A DNA stretch of 62,935 nt, filler included, from Octopus bimaculoides (GCF_001194135.2; 6 parts of 6 records of this genome joined end to end with filler, not necessarily neighbours in it); one strand, 5' to 3'. Shown: positions 41,844 to 54,734, counted from the whole stretch's first letter. The notes: generated from the sequence alone by a model not told the origin. Made by a program: numbers and translations.

Positions 41844-41845
<2 letters not shown>
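40985..41845. mobile_element. Two convergent 5' halves of one mariner family (inverted dimer)
   Basis: The + copy encodes the HTH region (..ERSG..TEKNIADV..NRRITIHEL..LGMRHVSAK). The - copy carries the TIR and MTEKTEQRIYIKFCQKL. 41022-41081 matches the reverse complement of 41710-41769 at 57/60. Confidence 0.85.
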
Positions 41846-41892
<47 letters not shown>

Positions 41893-42536
41893 GCAATACG
41901 GAAGAACATTGAATGATGAAAGTTGGAGTAGATAAACCATGATAGATTGTTTAGAGCGAAGAATGGAAAATATGGAGAAGCCAGTAGTCGATCTAAGTAG
42001 CTCACACATGTTACATAAGCGAAGTACCACCTAAGATAAGTCCACCACTAAAATAAATATCCCATTATTGATAGACAGTCGATTTTTATTTAAATTTTAT
42101 TACATCGCAACTTTTCGATGGTTGTGTTATACCATTTGTATTAATTGCAAAATTTTACTGTACGTTTCCAAAGACACTTGAAATACGGTCTACTCTCATT
42201 GACAAAATAGGCAATATCGACAAATATAATAATCGCAAATTTCATATAACGTAATGCACATATTAAGTACGTGAGAAAAATCTCTTTATCCAATCTAAAA
42301 ATGTTTTACGTGGTTGGGAAACAAATTTTTCAATTCAGAAGATGCGATGAAAAAAAAAATGTAATTGGTGAAACATCATATTGAAAATATTGTGTGCGTG
42401 TATATATATATATATATAAATGAAAATATCATATTTACGTAATAAATCTTTATTGAATACTATTTTAGGAATACTGTGCAGAATTCAATGAGAGGGAGAA
42501 GAAAGGGAGAAAGTGAGATGTGTGTGTATGTGTGTT

Positions 42537-42578
<42 letters not shown>

Positions 42579-44217
42579 TCAAGGTAATATATTTTCTGGG
42601 TTTAATTGATTAAATCGACTGCAGTAGTTAACTCACACCTTATTTTATCTTACCCAGAAGGAGGAAAGGCAAAGTTAACTGCAGTAGTATTTGAAATCAG
42701 AACGTAAAGAGCTGTAACTACATCTTACAAAGGCACTTTGTTCGATGCTTAAACGATTCTACCAATATTGATGTGTAATATATTTTCATATGGTTTTAAT
42801 TTGATAGACCGAAAGTCTTCCGTCTGTTCTCTGACACTATTTGATGTAATTGTAAAAGTTAAACTTTACTAAAAATTTCGAGAGATATAAATACATATTT
42901 TTTTTTTAAGGGGACAAACCCTTGCCAGTAGGTATTGTCTGCACATAACCATGTATTGCCTGACCTCGTAGGTACGCAAGCCAATGTTTAAATTTAAGAT
43001 TATGTAGTCGAATATATCGATTCCAACACTTAACTGGTACTTATTTTATCCATTGCCAGATACGCAAAGCACAGTAGACCCCTAATGTAAAGAGACGTTG
43101 ATATACTCAATTTTTATACAGTCCTACCGATTCTTCAAATCCACTACCTTTACAAAATCCATCCATCAGTTCATCCATCCATTTTCCGTGCCTTCTGTTC
43201 CTGAGAGACCTTTCGTTGCAGGAACAGTCCCGGGAGAAAATTATCTCCTAAACATTACAAAAACACATTTTTGGACGATAACTGATGTCATTGAATTGCA
43301 GGACTCGTATTTCTGACTGTAATCTTTTATGTAACCGCTACTGACCACCAGGGTGGCGCACCACCGCGATGATTTTGTCATTAATTTATTGCGAATAGCT
43401 GGCTGGTGGATGAAAGTTTAACATTTCATCTATCTTTCTGGAATTTCTCATTTTGATAATTAAAAAAATGTTTTTTTAATGCAANNNNNNNNNNNNNNNN
43501 NNNNNNNNNNNNNNNNNNNNNNNNNNNNNNNNNNNNNNNNNNNNNNNNNNNNNNNNNNNNNNNNNNNNNNNNNNNNNNNNNNNNNNNNNNNNNNNNNNNN
43601 NNNNNNNNNNNNNNNNNNNNNNNNNNNNNNNNNNNNNNNNNNNNNNNNNNNNNNNNNNNNNNNNNNNNNNNNNNNNNNNNNNNNNNNNNNNNNNNNNNNN
43701 NNNNNNNNNNNNNNNNNNNNNNNNNNNNNNNNNNNNNNNNNNNNNNNNNNNNNNNNNNNNNNNNNNNNNNNNNNNNNNNNNNNNNNNNNNNNNNNNNNNN
43801 NNNNNNNNNNNNNNNNNNNNNNNNNNNNNNNNNNNNNNNNNNNNNNNNNNNNNNNNNNNNNNNNNNNNNNNNNNNNNNNNNNNNNNNNNNNNNNNNNNNN
43901 NNNNNNNNNNNNNNNNNNNNNNNNNNNNNNNNNNNNNNNNNNNNNNNNNNNNNNNNNNNNNNNNNNNNNNNNNNNNNNNNNNNNNNNNNNNNNNNNNNNN
44001 NNNNNNNNNNNNNNNNNNNNNNNNNNNNNNNNNNNNNNNNNNNNNNNNNNNNNNNNNNNNNNNNNNNNNNNNNNNNNNNNNNNNNNNNNNNNNNNNNNNN
44101 NNNNNNNNNNNNNNNNNNNNNNNNNNNNNNNNNNNNNNNNNNNNNNNNNNNNNNNNNNNNNNNNNNNNNNNNNNNNNNNNNNNNNNNNNNNNNNNNNNNN
44201 NNNNNNNNNNNNNNATA

Positions 44218-44745
44218 TAATTCAATAATAGGATAAAGTCTTTTATAAGAATTTATCAAGTAACTAGCGTGAAAAAACCTCATAAGTGAAAAATCCATAA
44301 TTTATTCCCTAAAATATATTTATTTATATAAGGGCATTACTATACATGAATGCCTCACGATAAGAAGGACTCTACGGTCAAACTACCATAATAAACACAT
44401 TGTTACCGAACGCGAGGAAATGCAACTCTCAAAGCTAGCCCCCTAAAAACAGACTAAGCTGTAGATCATTATTTCGTAATTATTGTAGTAATATGCACCT
44501 TTTACTCATCAGTACAGTATGGTCAAGACACATAAAATAAAAATCAACATACCAGACGAACACTTCATGTATTCTGCATAGTACATAGAAGATTGTTTAA
44601 CCTTATATATCTATGTAAGAGGCGGGATTTTTCGAATTGCATCTCGGTACATGTGTTTTTTTTTTCAGAATAAAATTCAGCACTGAATATATTCTGGTTA
44701 TATATTTAATTCAATAATAGGATAAAGTCTTTTATAAGAATTTAT
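44218..44745 (-). mobile_element. 489-nt retrozyme-like unit with terminal direct repeat and hammerhead
   Basis: An identical 39-bp repeat lies at 44218-44256 and 44707-44745, with an internal HHR and no recognisable ORF. Confidence 0.65.
44459..44517 (-). ncRNA. Minimal type I hammerhead ribozyme, intact core
   Basis: Minus strand reads CUGUA-CUGAUGA-GUAA-(22 nt)-UUAC-GAAA-UAAUGA-UC-UACAG. It has a 5-bp stem I, a 4-bp stem II starting with G-C, a 2-bp stem III and an AUC cleavage triplet. Confidence 0.85.
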
Positions 44746-45233
44746 ACATACATATACATATACATACACATACACACACATATATATAAATTATGAGTTA
44801 GAGGTCATGTAACTATCTAAGGGATAAATGTATCCGTAGACATTACTGGTGTATTACCTCACTATGTCTAGGCCTTACTATAAGGTTAACAATAGTTGGT
44901 TATTTAAATGGTAAAACCGTGGTTTAATATATTCAGATAAGAAAAGAAATGGAGCAACAATTAACAATTAGAAGTTGATCATTGGTATTAAAAGGTCATA
45001 GTTTAATTGTAGTTCAAGAACATTTACAGCTGTTTCAGTTTGTTATTTTGAAGTAAATTTGCATTTATCTCGTTCCATTTAACAAACATCGTCAGAATGA
45101 TTTAGAGTTTATCGGAGGAATATAGATAGGAGAAAAGGGGAAATGAAAAGAAAAAGGAAAAAAGGACAAAAGGAAAAAGTTCCTTAAGTCTTTAGCCTTC
45201 TAATTGTTGCTCTATTTCTTTTCTTTTCTTTTC

Positions 45234-45276
<43 letters not shown>

Positions 45277-45317
45277 CTATCTATCTACTATCTATCTATC
45301 TACTATCTATCTATCTA

Positions 45318-45475
45318 TGCATATATACGACGGGCTTCTTTCAGCTTCCACCTACCAAAACTACTCACAAGGCCCGGGGCTATAGTAGAAGACACTTTCT
45401 CAAGGTGCCACGCAGTGGGACCGAACTCAGAACCATGTGGTTGGGAAGCAAACATTTTGACATACAGCCACGCTT
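45318..45475 (-). mobile_element. SINE family B head
   Basis: CAAGGTGCCACGCAGTGGGAC..AACCATGTGGTTGGGAAGCAA. Similar copies at about 9160-9320, 35560-35712 and 39552-39718 (-), and 46810-46960 (+). Confidence 0.87.
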
Positions 45476-46039
45476 GTACCTATTCTCTGATAATATTTAT
45501 GTTAAATGCTATAATCTCTTGTAAGATTGTAAAGATACTTGAAACTCATTTCGCCTTTTTGAACAAATCCTATGTTTGGTGATTTCATAGGCACAAAAAC
45601 AAATATCGAAAGACAGGAAAGACAAGACAAGGAAACATTTTTCATACTATAATGTAAATTATACACATGCGTGGAGAATTATACAATTGTATATCGGTGT
45701 CAACAAAACAAAAAGGTAATATATAAATCTGCGAAGCTTAATGAAGAAACTGTCAGCTTGTGAAATATTTGATGTAATGATTCAAAATACAGCAGATGTC
45801 TATAGACGAAAATAGCAGATCTTAAGCAGAGAATCCTTGTTGCATGAAAACAAAACATTTAGAGCGAGAGTTTTATAGAATATATTGCAATAGATTTGTA
45901 AATTCGAAAATAAATAACTAGATTGTGTATAACGGAATTTATATTTGGAACTCATTCTCTGAAATACAATATAAAGACAAGATTCTGCTCTTATTGCACG
46001 CACGCACGCACGCACGCACTCACGCACGCACGCACGCAT

Positions 46040-46090
<51 letters not shown>

Positions 46091-46164
46091 CACACCCATC
46101 ATATAATGTAGGTATTTCTCTGTTTCACGAGCTTTTATATATATATTCTTTTGCATATTTATAG

Positions 46165-46640
46165 AAGGCTTTAGGGTTTCTCTTAATATTTTTGACAGCT
46201 CTGGTCTCATTTTCTATCCCCTCCTTTTCATGGGAGCGTTTGAGTTCATTTTCGATCTCGAGCAATGTTCGTTTGAGGTGGGGTCATTTGTTATCCTTTA
46301 GAGGTCCATTTAGACGATTTGAAATTTTTGCTCGGGATTTCATTAGAATCCTCCTATCCATGGATATTATATTTTTCTGCTGGCTTGGCATTCTCTCTGG
46401 AGCAAACTTACTGCAGATCTCATGCATGATTGTCATAAAGTGTTGTAACTTTATGTCAATGTCTTCTGCAGAGAGACTGGTAGACCAGTTATGTTCCATG
46501 ACCTCTTTCTCGATACACTTCCAATAAGCTTTGTGAAAGTTCAGGCTGAGAGGATTTGGGTGCTTCTAGTAGACCGCATGTCTGTAGTCTTCTGCGGACC
46601 ACATATAGTTAGTTCTATTAAGTTATGGTCCGATATATAT
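46165..46640 (-). mobile_element. APE-type LINE fragment (endonuclease end and linker before RT)
   Basis: SDHNLIEL, LNFHKAYW and ..NETRAVKNIKRNPKAF are typical of the post-endonuclease region of CR1/L2-like ORF2. Confidence 0.7.
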
Positions 46641-46650
46641 NNNNNNNNNN

Positions 46651-46689
<39 letters not shown>

Positions 46690-48242
46690 CATATATATAT
46701 GTATGCAAATATATATATATATGCATATATATATATATGCATATACATATATATGCATATATGTGTGGTAAGAAGTTTGGTAAGAAGTATTTGTGCGTGA
46801 ATGTTGAATATGGCGCAGGAGTGACTATGTGGTAAGTACTTTGCTTACCAACCACATGGTTCTGGGTTCAGTCCTACTGCGTGTCTTCTACTATAGCCTC
46901 GGACCGACGAAAGCCTTATGAGTGGATTTGGTAGATGGAAATTAAAAGAAGCCCATCGTACACACACACACACACACACACTTCTTATGGGCAGAATCGG
47001 CACAACTGATATATAGGTAATGGAGTAATGGAAGTTATTGTTTGTTTAATAGTGAAGAATGAGGGTACAATTTGCATGAAAGTGCTTTTTGTTCTTAAGA
47101 AGGATCAGAAACTATGTATTGTTCCATCGTATAAAAGGGGGTTAATACAATTTTGTCCAGAAATCACGTTTTCAAACTTTTAATTTTCCTCTATCCCCAC
47201 CGCAATGCCTTAATTTGTAACTTTTTCAATTTTTTTTTGTTATCTATGTAGAAAAATACAGAGATTACGAATCTGAGGGGGAAAAAAAATATATTTTATA
47301 ATTTAATTTTTCTTAAAGAAACACTCAATACCCCCTTCCCCACTTCGCCCACTCATTACCTACCAGCTTTCAAAAAGTTAAAATCTCCCAATTTTTCACT
47401 TTTGTCTGATGTTTCCCGCATGCGTAGAATTCTACTGAAATAGTAGACTTGAAAAATACCAGACCACCATCAGAAAACCCGACATGCTAGAAACAACAGG
47501 TAAACGACATTATTTCTAAATAAACTTGCCTGCTTTCCAAAAAGTGAAACATTGTGAGTGTGTAGCTTTTTGAAAGTGGTGAGGTGATGGGTAAAATTCT
47601 TAAAGATTCGTGCTCTCTGTTTTTTTTCTCCATGGATTATCAAGAATAAAAATTTGAAAAAAGTAAAAAATAAATTTGGTGTGGAGAAGGAGAAAATGAT
47701 AATATTGAGAACTTGTTTTGTGGGTGAAGTCCTAATCTCCTGTATCGCAAACATAGGAATCGGAAGAAATTTAGGAAAAAAAAAATAAAGAGAGGGGAAG
47801 GAAAGAAGAGGTAAAGGACAGGATTTCTGGGAAATCTTCCTTTTAAGTTTATATCGATAGATCAGGTTCTTAAATACGCTCATCACAAACACAAATTACA
47901 CAATAGAAAAAGATCATTTCAATTGGGTTTGAGCCGTAAATTTGCACCTGCACACTGCAAGAATTAACATAATTCGCACAGAAGTTTTACCTAGAGTGTG
48001 TGTGTGTGTGTGTGTGTCAAAGGAAGTTATTTTATGGCATTCTTTCATGTCAACTCGACATATATAGGATCATAGGATTTTTTGTTAATTTCCGTAAAAT
48101 TGGTTAAATTTCTATATGCTTTGAAGAGAGCAGAAATTGAAAGAGAGGATAAAGTGAAAAGGTGACATTTGCTTTGAAGTGCGAGGAGAAAGTAAAAGAG
48201 AGAAAGTGCATGATGTACGTGTATATGAAATGGACGGGTGTC

Positions 48243-48298
<56 letters not shown>

Positions 48299-49021
48299 NN
48301 NNNNNNNNNNNNNNNNNNNNNNNNNNNNNNNNNNNNNNNNNNNNNNNNNNNNNNNNNNNNNNNNNNNNNNNNNNNNNNNNNNNNNNNNNNNNNNNNNNNN
48401 NNNNNNNNNNNNNNNNNNNNNNNNNNNNNNNNNNNNNNNNNAGAATACGCACACCACCCGTTTTCGGCGTAACCCTAGCCGTAAACACCGGGAGTGCGTA
48501 TTCTTGACTTTCGCCCATGAATACATATGCATGCCTCCTTTTTGTTCGTGAGAGAGAGAGAGAGAGGCTATATTTTCTCATAATATATAGAAAAATTGAT
48601 GTCTTTTAATGCAATTTTTATGGTTGTGGCTTATTTTAATACAATATTTATGTGTACATTTTCATAAATGTTTATCTGAGTAGAATTCTACGAATGTGTG
48701 AAACATCGGACGAAAGTGATACATTAGAAGCAAATCAAAATATTGTCCGAAAATGAACTCAAAATTGTGCGACCCAACGAATTTGCAGACGTTATTTTAT
48801 TTGTAAAAAAGAGTTGTTGAGTCAAAAACATAGTTTATTTAGTAGATTGATAATAAGCAGCTTTCTTTATTATAATACACATGTGACTAATTTGTTTCTA
48901 AAGTAAGCTAAAGTAACGACAATCAAATGTCAAAAGGAAACAAATCATAACATCGATAAAAGTCATTAAAAATATCGCAACTCTATTTACGAAAAACGAA
49001 ATGACTTTCTTGCCAACCCTA

Positions 49022-49059
<38 letters not shown>

Positions 49060-49063
49060 CACA

Positions 49064-49406
49064 AATCAAATCCATACATTCTCTTTCAAGTAGATATTTT
49101 GTTGGATTTTTTGTTTTCATTTTTCAAAAGCATACGGCTGAACCTAAGTAGTCTTATCTAAATACATAAATTATTTCCAATTCATCGATATATAATTATC
49201 AACAATATAATAATTATGTAACTCTAAATTATATTTGATTTGCTTAATTGTACACACTAAACATTTATGAGATATTTTTATTGATGAATATGCTGTTGAA
49301 ATTGAACCAATTATTGATAAATATGCAGTTGGTATTGAACCAAATGTGTCGTAAATGGACAAATTCTGCATTAAATTTACAGATTTATAAATGGAAGAAT
49401 TTATTT
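49064..49406. repeat. 343-bp inverted repeat, left arm
   Basis: Reverse complement of 51067-51409; I found one mismatch. The ORF track gives identical peptides on opposite strands. Confidence 0.92.
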
Positions 49407-49808
49407 ATCTATATACACAACAAGTATATCCAATAAGCAACAAATATATCCAAGGTTAATGCAGTACGATCGTTTCATGCGACTCCATTTATTTAAGCAA
49501 TGTGAACATTACATCAAATGTAAAATGCAGAGCAATCCTCAGCTGCACAAAGATATAGAAATTTAATGAAATTTCATTTCAACAGAAGGACATACTTTTA
49601 TAGCTACATTTAAACTCTCCAAGTAGAAAGGAAGAATACAAAAAACTATTTTGACTTACTCAGGCTAGTAATTAATTCTAAGCAGATTTTTAACTGTCAC
49701 TGATTTTATTTGTTTTTTTGTTTCTGATTTATGGATCATCTTATCAGACCTAGTGATTCAAAGCATAAGAGGGCACCAACATTTTCTCTTTAGTGTTTTT
49801 TCTTCTTT

Positions 49809-50690
49809 CTATAGGATATTCAGGTGTGGTTTATATTTTTCAATGAGTATGCTTTCCTTATTTAAACGGAATTGGGTTGAAGTGTTTCCGGTGTATTGAT
49901 AGAGAGGGAAGATTTGGTATTTCGGGTTTATGTCTGCAGGGCATTGATCTAGGTGCTTGCTTACGGGAATTTTTCTAGTCGTGGGGTCCCGGATTCGTTG
50001 CCTGTGCACCGTAAGTCTGTCCCTCAAAGTTAAGCTAGTTTGACCTATGTAGTCCCCGCCACACCCTCCACATTTGAGAACACAGATTAAGTTCTTCGAA
50101 GCACTGGTGAAGTGATTTTTTTATGGTAAAAGTTTGATTTGACTTAAATTTGTATGTTGAGCCCTCTAAGAGGAAGATGCAAGTTCCGCAGTTAAGGCGG
50201 TTGCACATTTTGACTAGTGGGGTTGTATTTTTGGTGGGTAATTTGGTGCTGGTGAGTAACTTTTTGGGGGATTGCGGTTGTCTCTTGCTTTTAATAATCC
50301 TATGTGTTTCCGGTGCCTTTTTCATTCGCGGGCGGGTCCTTCATAAGAAAGGGTATGTTTTGGTGGATGATGTATGCTTCCATGTTCCTTGGATTGTGTG
50401 TTGATACGTAAGATAAAGTTTTAAGTGTGTTATGGTGTTTTCTTGTTTTCCGTAACTCTTGGATGTCTATCATTTTTGCACATTCTATTCCGTTTTTGAT
50501 TAGACTGGCCGGGTATTTTCTATCTAGTAATGTGTTTTTAAGTTCTTGGAGTCGCTTTTCTCGGGTTTCAAGATTTGATGCAATCGTGCAAATTCTTCTC
50601 GCTAAGTTGAACAGTATATTTATTTTAGTATGTTTTGGGTGGCAAGAAGAAAATAGAAGATATTGTTTTGAGGTCATCGCTTCCATCTCT
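49809..50690 (-). mobile_element. Penelope-like retroelement, 5'-truncated: RT thumb, Cys linker and GIY-YIG endonuclease, frameshifted
   Basis: Joined ORF pieces: SKQYLLFSSCHPKHTKINI..LARRICTIAS, then CNRLNCGTC, then a YIGQT-type strand, then RDRLTVHRQRI..ESILIEKYKPHLN. Confidence 0.88.
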
Positions 50691-50704
50691 ATCCGTACGT
50701 GATA

Positions 50705-50749
50705 CAAACAGACTCGAGTTTCTGGGTAGTTACCCGTCCTCAACGTGTG
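50705..50749 (-). ncRNA. Penelope-associated minimal hammerhead, C3U variant
   Basis: CACACG-UUGAGGA-C-GGGUA-AC-UACCC-A-GAA-ACUCGAGU-C-UGUUUG. Has the 8-nt palindrome ACUCGAGU, a GUC site and 5/6 stem I pairs. Confidence 0.65.
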
Positions 50750-50814
50750 GTCGATGGGAAAAACACATAGTATTTTGCGAGTGGAATAAGTTTTCATCAC
50801 TAGCTTGTGATTAA

Positions 50815-50859
50815 CACATGCTGAGGACGGGTAACCGCCCAGAAACTCGAGTCCAGGAA
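50815..50859 (+). ncRNA. Penelope-associated minimal hammerhead (inverted copy)
   Basis: CACAUG-CUGAGGA-C-GGG-UAACCG-CCC-A-GAA-ACUCGAGU-C-CAGG. Core is intact with the same palindrome and GUC site; stem I is weak. Confidence 0.65.
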
Positions 50860-51066
50860 GTAAACAAATACATTGAATTTTCTGCATTGATATATTCTAT
50901 GATTTCACAGTTGCTAAAACTGTTTATATAAATTATCTTCGTCGGATTATATGAAATTTCTGCATATTTTAATTAGAAGGTGAAATAGGCTTACATTTCT
51001 TGTAATGAAACGTAAATAATTTATATAAACGTGTTACATAACTTATAAATATGCATTGCAATTGGG

Positions 51067-51409
51067 AAATAAATTCTTCCATTTATAAATCTGTAAATTT
51101 AATGCAGAATTTGTCCATTTACGACACATTTGGTTCAATACCAACTGCATATTTATCAATAATTGGTTCAATTTCAACAGCATATTCATCAATAAAAATA
51201 TCTCATAAATGTTTAGTGTGTACAATTAAGCAAATCAAATATAATTTAGAGTTACATAATTATTATATTGTTGATAATTATATATCGATGAATTGGAAAT
51301 AATTTATGTATTTAGATAAGACTACTTAGTTTCAGCCGTATGCTTTTGAAAAATGAAAACAAAAAATCCAACAAAATATCTACTTGAAAGAGAATGTATG
51401 GATTTGATT
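51067..51409. repeat. 343-bp inverted repeat, right arm
   Basis: Reverse complement of 49064-49406. Confidence 0.92.
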
Positions 51410-51909
51410 ATGTTCCATTAAATTCATACTGTGTATTTAGTAGTATAGATATTTGTAAATACAAAAATTTTGTAAACAAGAAATGAAACGTAACAGATAA
51501 ACGATATAATCTAACTGGTTACGTGAGATGATGAAAGTATTAATGAGTCATCCTTTTTTTTCTGTCAGAATCTCTTAGCGACAAAATTAAAATCAAAATA
51601 AGTATTGAAAAAAAAAAATTAACTAGAATGTATACCACAAGAAATATTGACATACAACTTGAAAAAAGGTCAAACAACAAAATGTTTTCATTAATAACAG
51701 ATTTAATTATACAAAAATTAGATGTTTATCTGGATTTATTGAGATTGAACAGAAAAATGTTATTAGTCATACAATACCGATGAAGTGATACTGGAATATT
51801 AGAACACAGAGGAATGGAAATTGCACGAAGAGTAAATGATGACAAAATGCATCTAAATCTTGTCTGTTTTGCATGGAAGTAAGTTCTGTCACAGAAGTGA
51901 AAATATTTC

Positions 51910-51944
<35 letters not shown>

Positions 51945-52074
51945 TAATAATAATAATGATGATGATAATAATAATAATTTGTAAATTATTATAAAATAGA
52001 AATGGAACAAACCAGTAAGTAGATAAATTGAGTAATTACGCACACACTCGAATGTCTACACAATCATATATACA

Positions 52075-52370
52075 ACCAAAGCCTTGTGAGTGGATTTGGT
52101 AGACGGAAACTGAAAGAAGACCGTCGTATATATGTATATATATATATATGTGTGTGTTTGTGTGTCTGTGTTTGTCCCCCCAACATCGCTTGACAACTGA
52201 TGCTGGTGTGTTTACGTCCCCGTAACTTAGCGGTTCGACTAAAGAGACCGATAGAATAAGTACTAGGCTTACAAAGAATAAGTCCTGGGGTCGATTTGCT
52301 CGACTAAAGGCGGTGCTCCAGCATGGCCGCAGTCAAATGACTGAAACAAGTAATAGAGTAAAAGTGATTA
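52075..52370 (+). mobile_element. SINE family B, 3' part
   Basis: Same extension. Other pieces at about 5150-5330 (-), 8950-9080 (-), 17745-17970 (+), 34790-34960 (+) and 54030-54120 (-). Confidence 0.85.
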
Positions 52371-52938
52371 AATGTATGTGCTGTACATTAGGTTACCCAC
52401 CTCCAGAAAATCCGACATTGCCTGGACAGGTGCACGATGTATCTTGCGTCAGGTGTCGAGGTGATCTCAGAACAATGCGAGATGAAGTGGTTTGCTAGAG
52501 AACACAATGCACCACTCGGTTTAGGAATTGAAACTGCGATCTCGCGATCGCGAGTGCAACAACCTAGAAAGATCTCCGTACAATAATATACAGCATCAAC
52601 CGAATATTGTATGAATAAAATATATGTTCAGAATATTTTGTGCATGCAGCTACAGATAACTTGTCACAGTTAAATTGTTATGTCTAAGATGTAATGTAAT
52701 GTTTTACAACGAAGACATGATCTGATCCTGTGTTTGCATTTGTGTGTGTGTATGTGTGTGTGTATTGTGTGTGTGTGAATGTGTGCGTGTGTGTGCGTGC
52801 GTGCGTGCGTGCATGTGTGTGTGTATGTGTGTGTTGTGTGTGTGTTTGTGTGTGTGCATGTGTGAATGTGTGTTTGTGTTTGTGTGCGTGCATGTGTGAA
52901 TGTGTGTTTGTGTGTGTGTGCATGTATGAATGCGTGCT

Positions 52939-53008
<70 letters not shown>

Positions 53009-54300
53009 CGTGTCTATAAAGCAATACTATAGATAATTCAGATTAGTAACGGTCCAAAAATTACGACCATTCTTCCAGCAATAAATTAGAACAAACTCGG
53101 TTGCAATTTTCTCGATTATTTATAGCTAAAAATGAACTCTATGGACTTGAACACACATGATTTTGCACTGAAAACGTGTCAAAAATATATTCTTTGTATT
53201 TGTTGAAACCAGTCATGTGATATGATGCAATGTTCTCCATAAAGTGTGAAAATAATATATTTTGGGCATAAATAGCACTTAGAATAGTATCTAGGAAATC
53301 AAAATGTTGTATAGAGTTTTGGGATATTATCACGCTCAAAATTATTTCTAACCAATAGGATTGCAGTTAATATGTGAACTTGTTGAAGAAAATCCATTTC
53401 CGCACATTATAAGCTTTGGAACTTGGTTGTTAATTACGCATAATAATTTATATATATATATATGTATATGGGGAATGTGTACGTGTGAAAAAGAATGAAA
53501 GAGAGAGAAACAGATATATATATATATATGTACAGAGAGAGAGAGAGAGAGAGAGAGAGNNNNNNNNNNNNNNNNNNNNNNNNNNNNNNNNNNNNNNNNN
53601 NNNTTAATTAATTAANNNNNNNNNNNNNNNNNNNNNNNNNNNNNNNNNNNNNNNNNNNNACATATATTTATACATATATATATACATTCTTTTATTCTTT
53701 TACACATTTCAGTCGACGAAATCGATCTCAGAACATATTCCTTGTCAGCTTAGTACTTACTGCTATGTTTCCCTCGGACTGACTCGCAGAGATAACATAA
53801 CGAGTTATACAATTTAATTATTACATTTATTGTTCAATTACATACAAAGAACGCACTCACCCAATGTTCGTTATGAATAAACAAAAGTCATGTCCGCCAT
53901 ATATATATCAATGACATTTTACTACGACAGTCCCACAAGACAACAACAATGAAACAATGAACTCAGACGAACCACATGACACACGGAACGTCAGACGAAT
54001 TACATATCTAACAGTCCATATAACACTTACTCTATCGGTTTATTTTGCCGAACCGCAAAGTTTTGGGAACATAAACACACCAACATCAGTTGACAAGCGA
54101 TGGTTGGGGACAAACACAGACACAAAGATACATATACATACATACATACATACATACGTACATACATATGCACACATCCATATGTAAATTTTACAGTTAT
54201 GCCGACAATTATTGGTGCAATTGCTTATATCAGTAAATGTTTCGGTGACAATCTCGCTAAAGTTAAGGATTACAGAACAGACACAGAAAGCTACTTACTA

Positions 54301-54384
<84 letters not shown>

Positions 54385-54734
54385 GGTTTACAATCTGTAA
54401 GTGGAACAGTAAATATAGTTTACAGAAAAAAAGAACACATGGTCACGATTTCAAAGCTAGTCGTATGATGCAGGACCATCGCAGAGAATTATTGCAACAC
54501 GTAAGAATGCCGAGAGGTTGAGGCAGTGCCAAGTGTCACATGGACATGTGACAACGATGAAGCTTATTTTCCTCCCTTATACACATTCACTCACACACAG
54601 ACACGCACACATGTAGACATATGCACACATATACAGACATACATAAGCACACATACACACACATCTATATTCATATTCATATACGTAGAGAGAAAGGGAG
54701 AGAAAGAGATATAGAAAGAAAGACAGAGATAGCG

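Noticed and set aside
49715-49750. CUGAUAA..UGAU/AUCA..GAAAC downstream of the Penelope ORF
   Set aside because: G8 is mutated and there is no stem III or stem I. It could be a very old HHR but is not distinguishable from chance.
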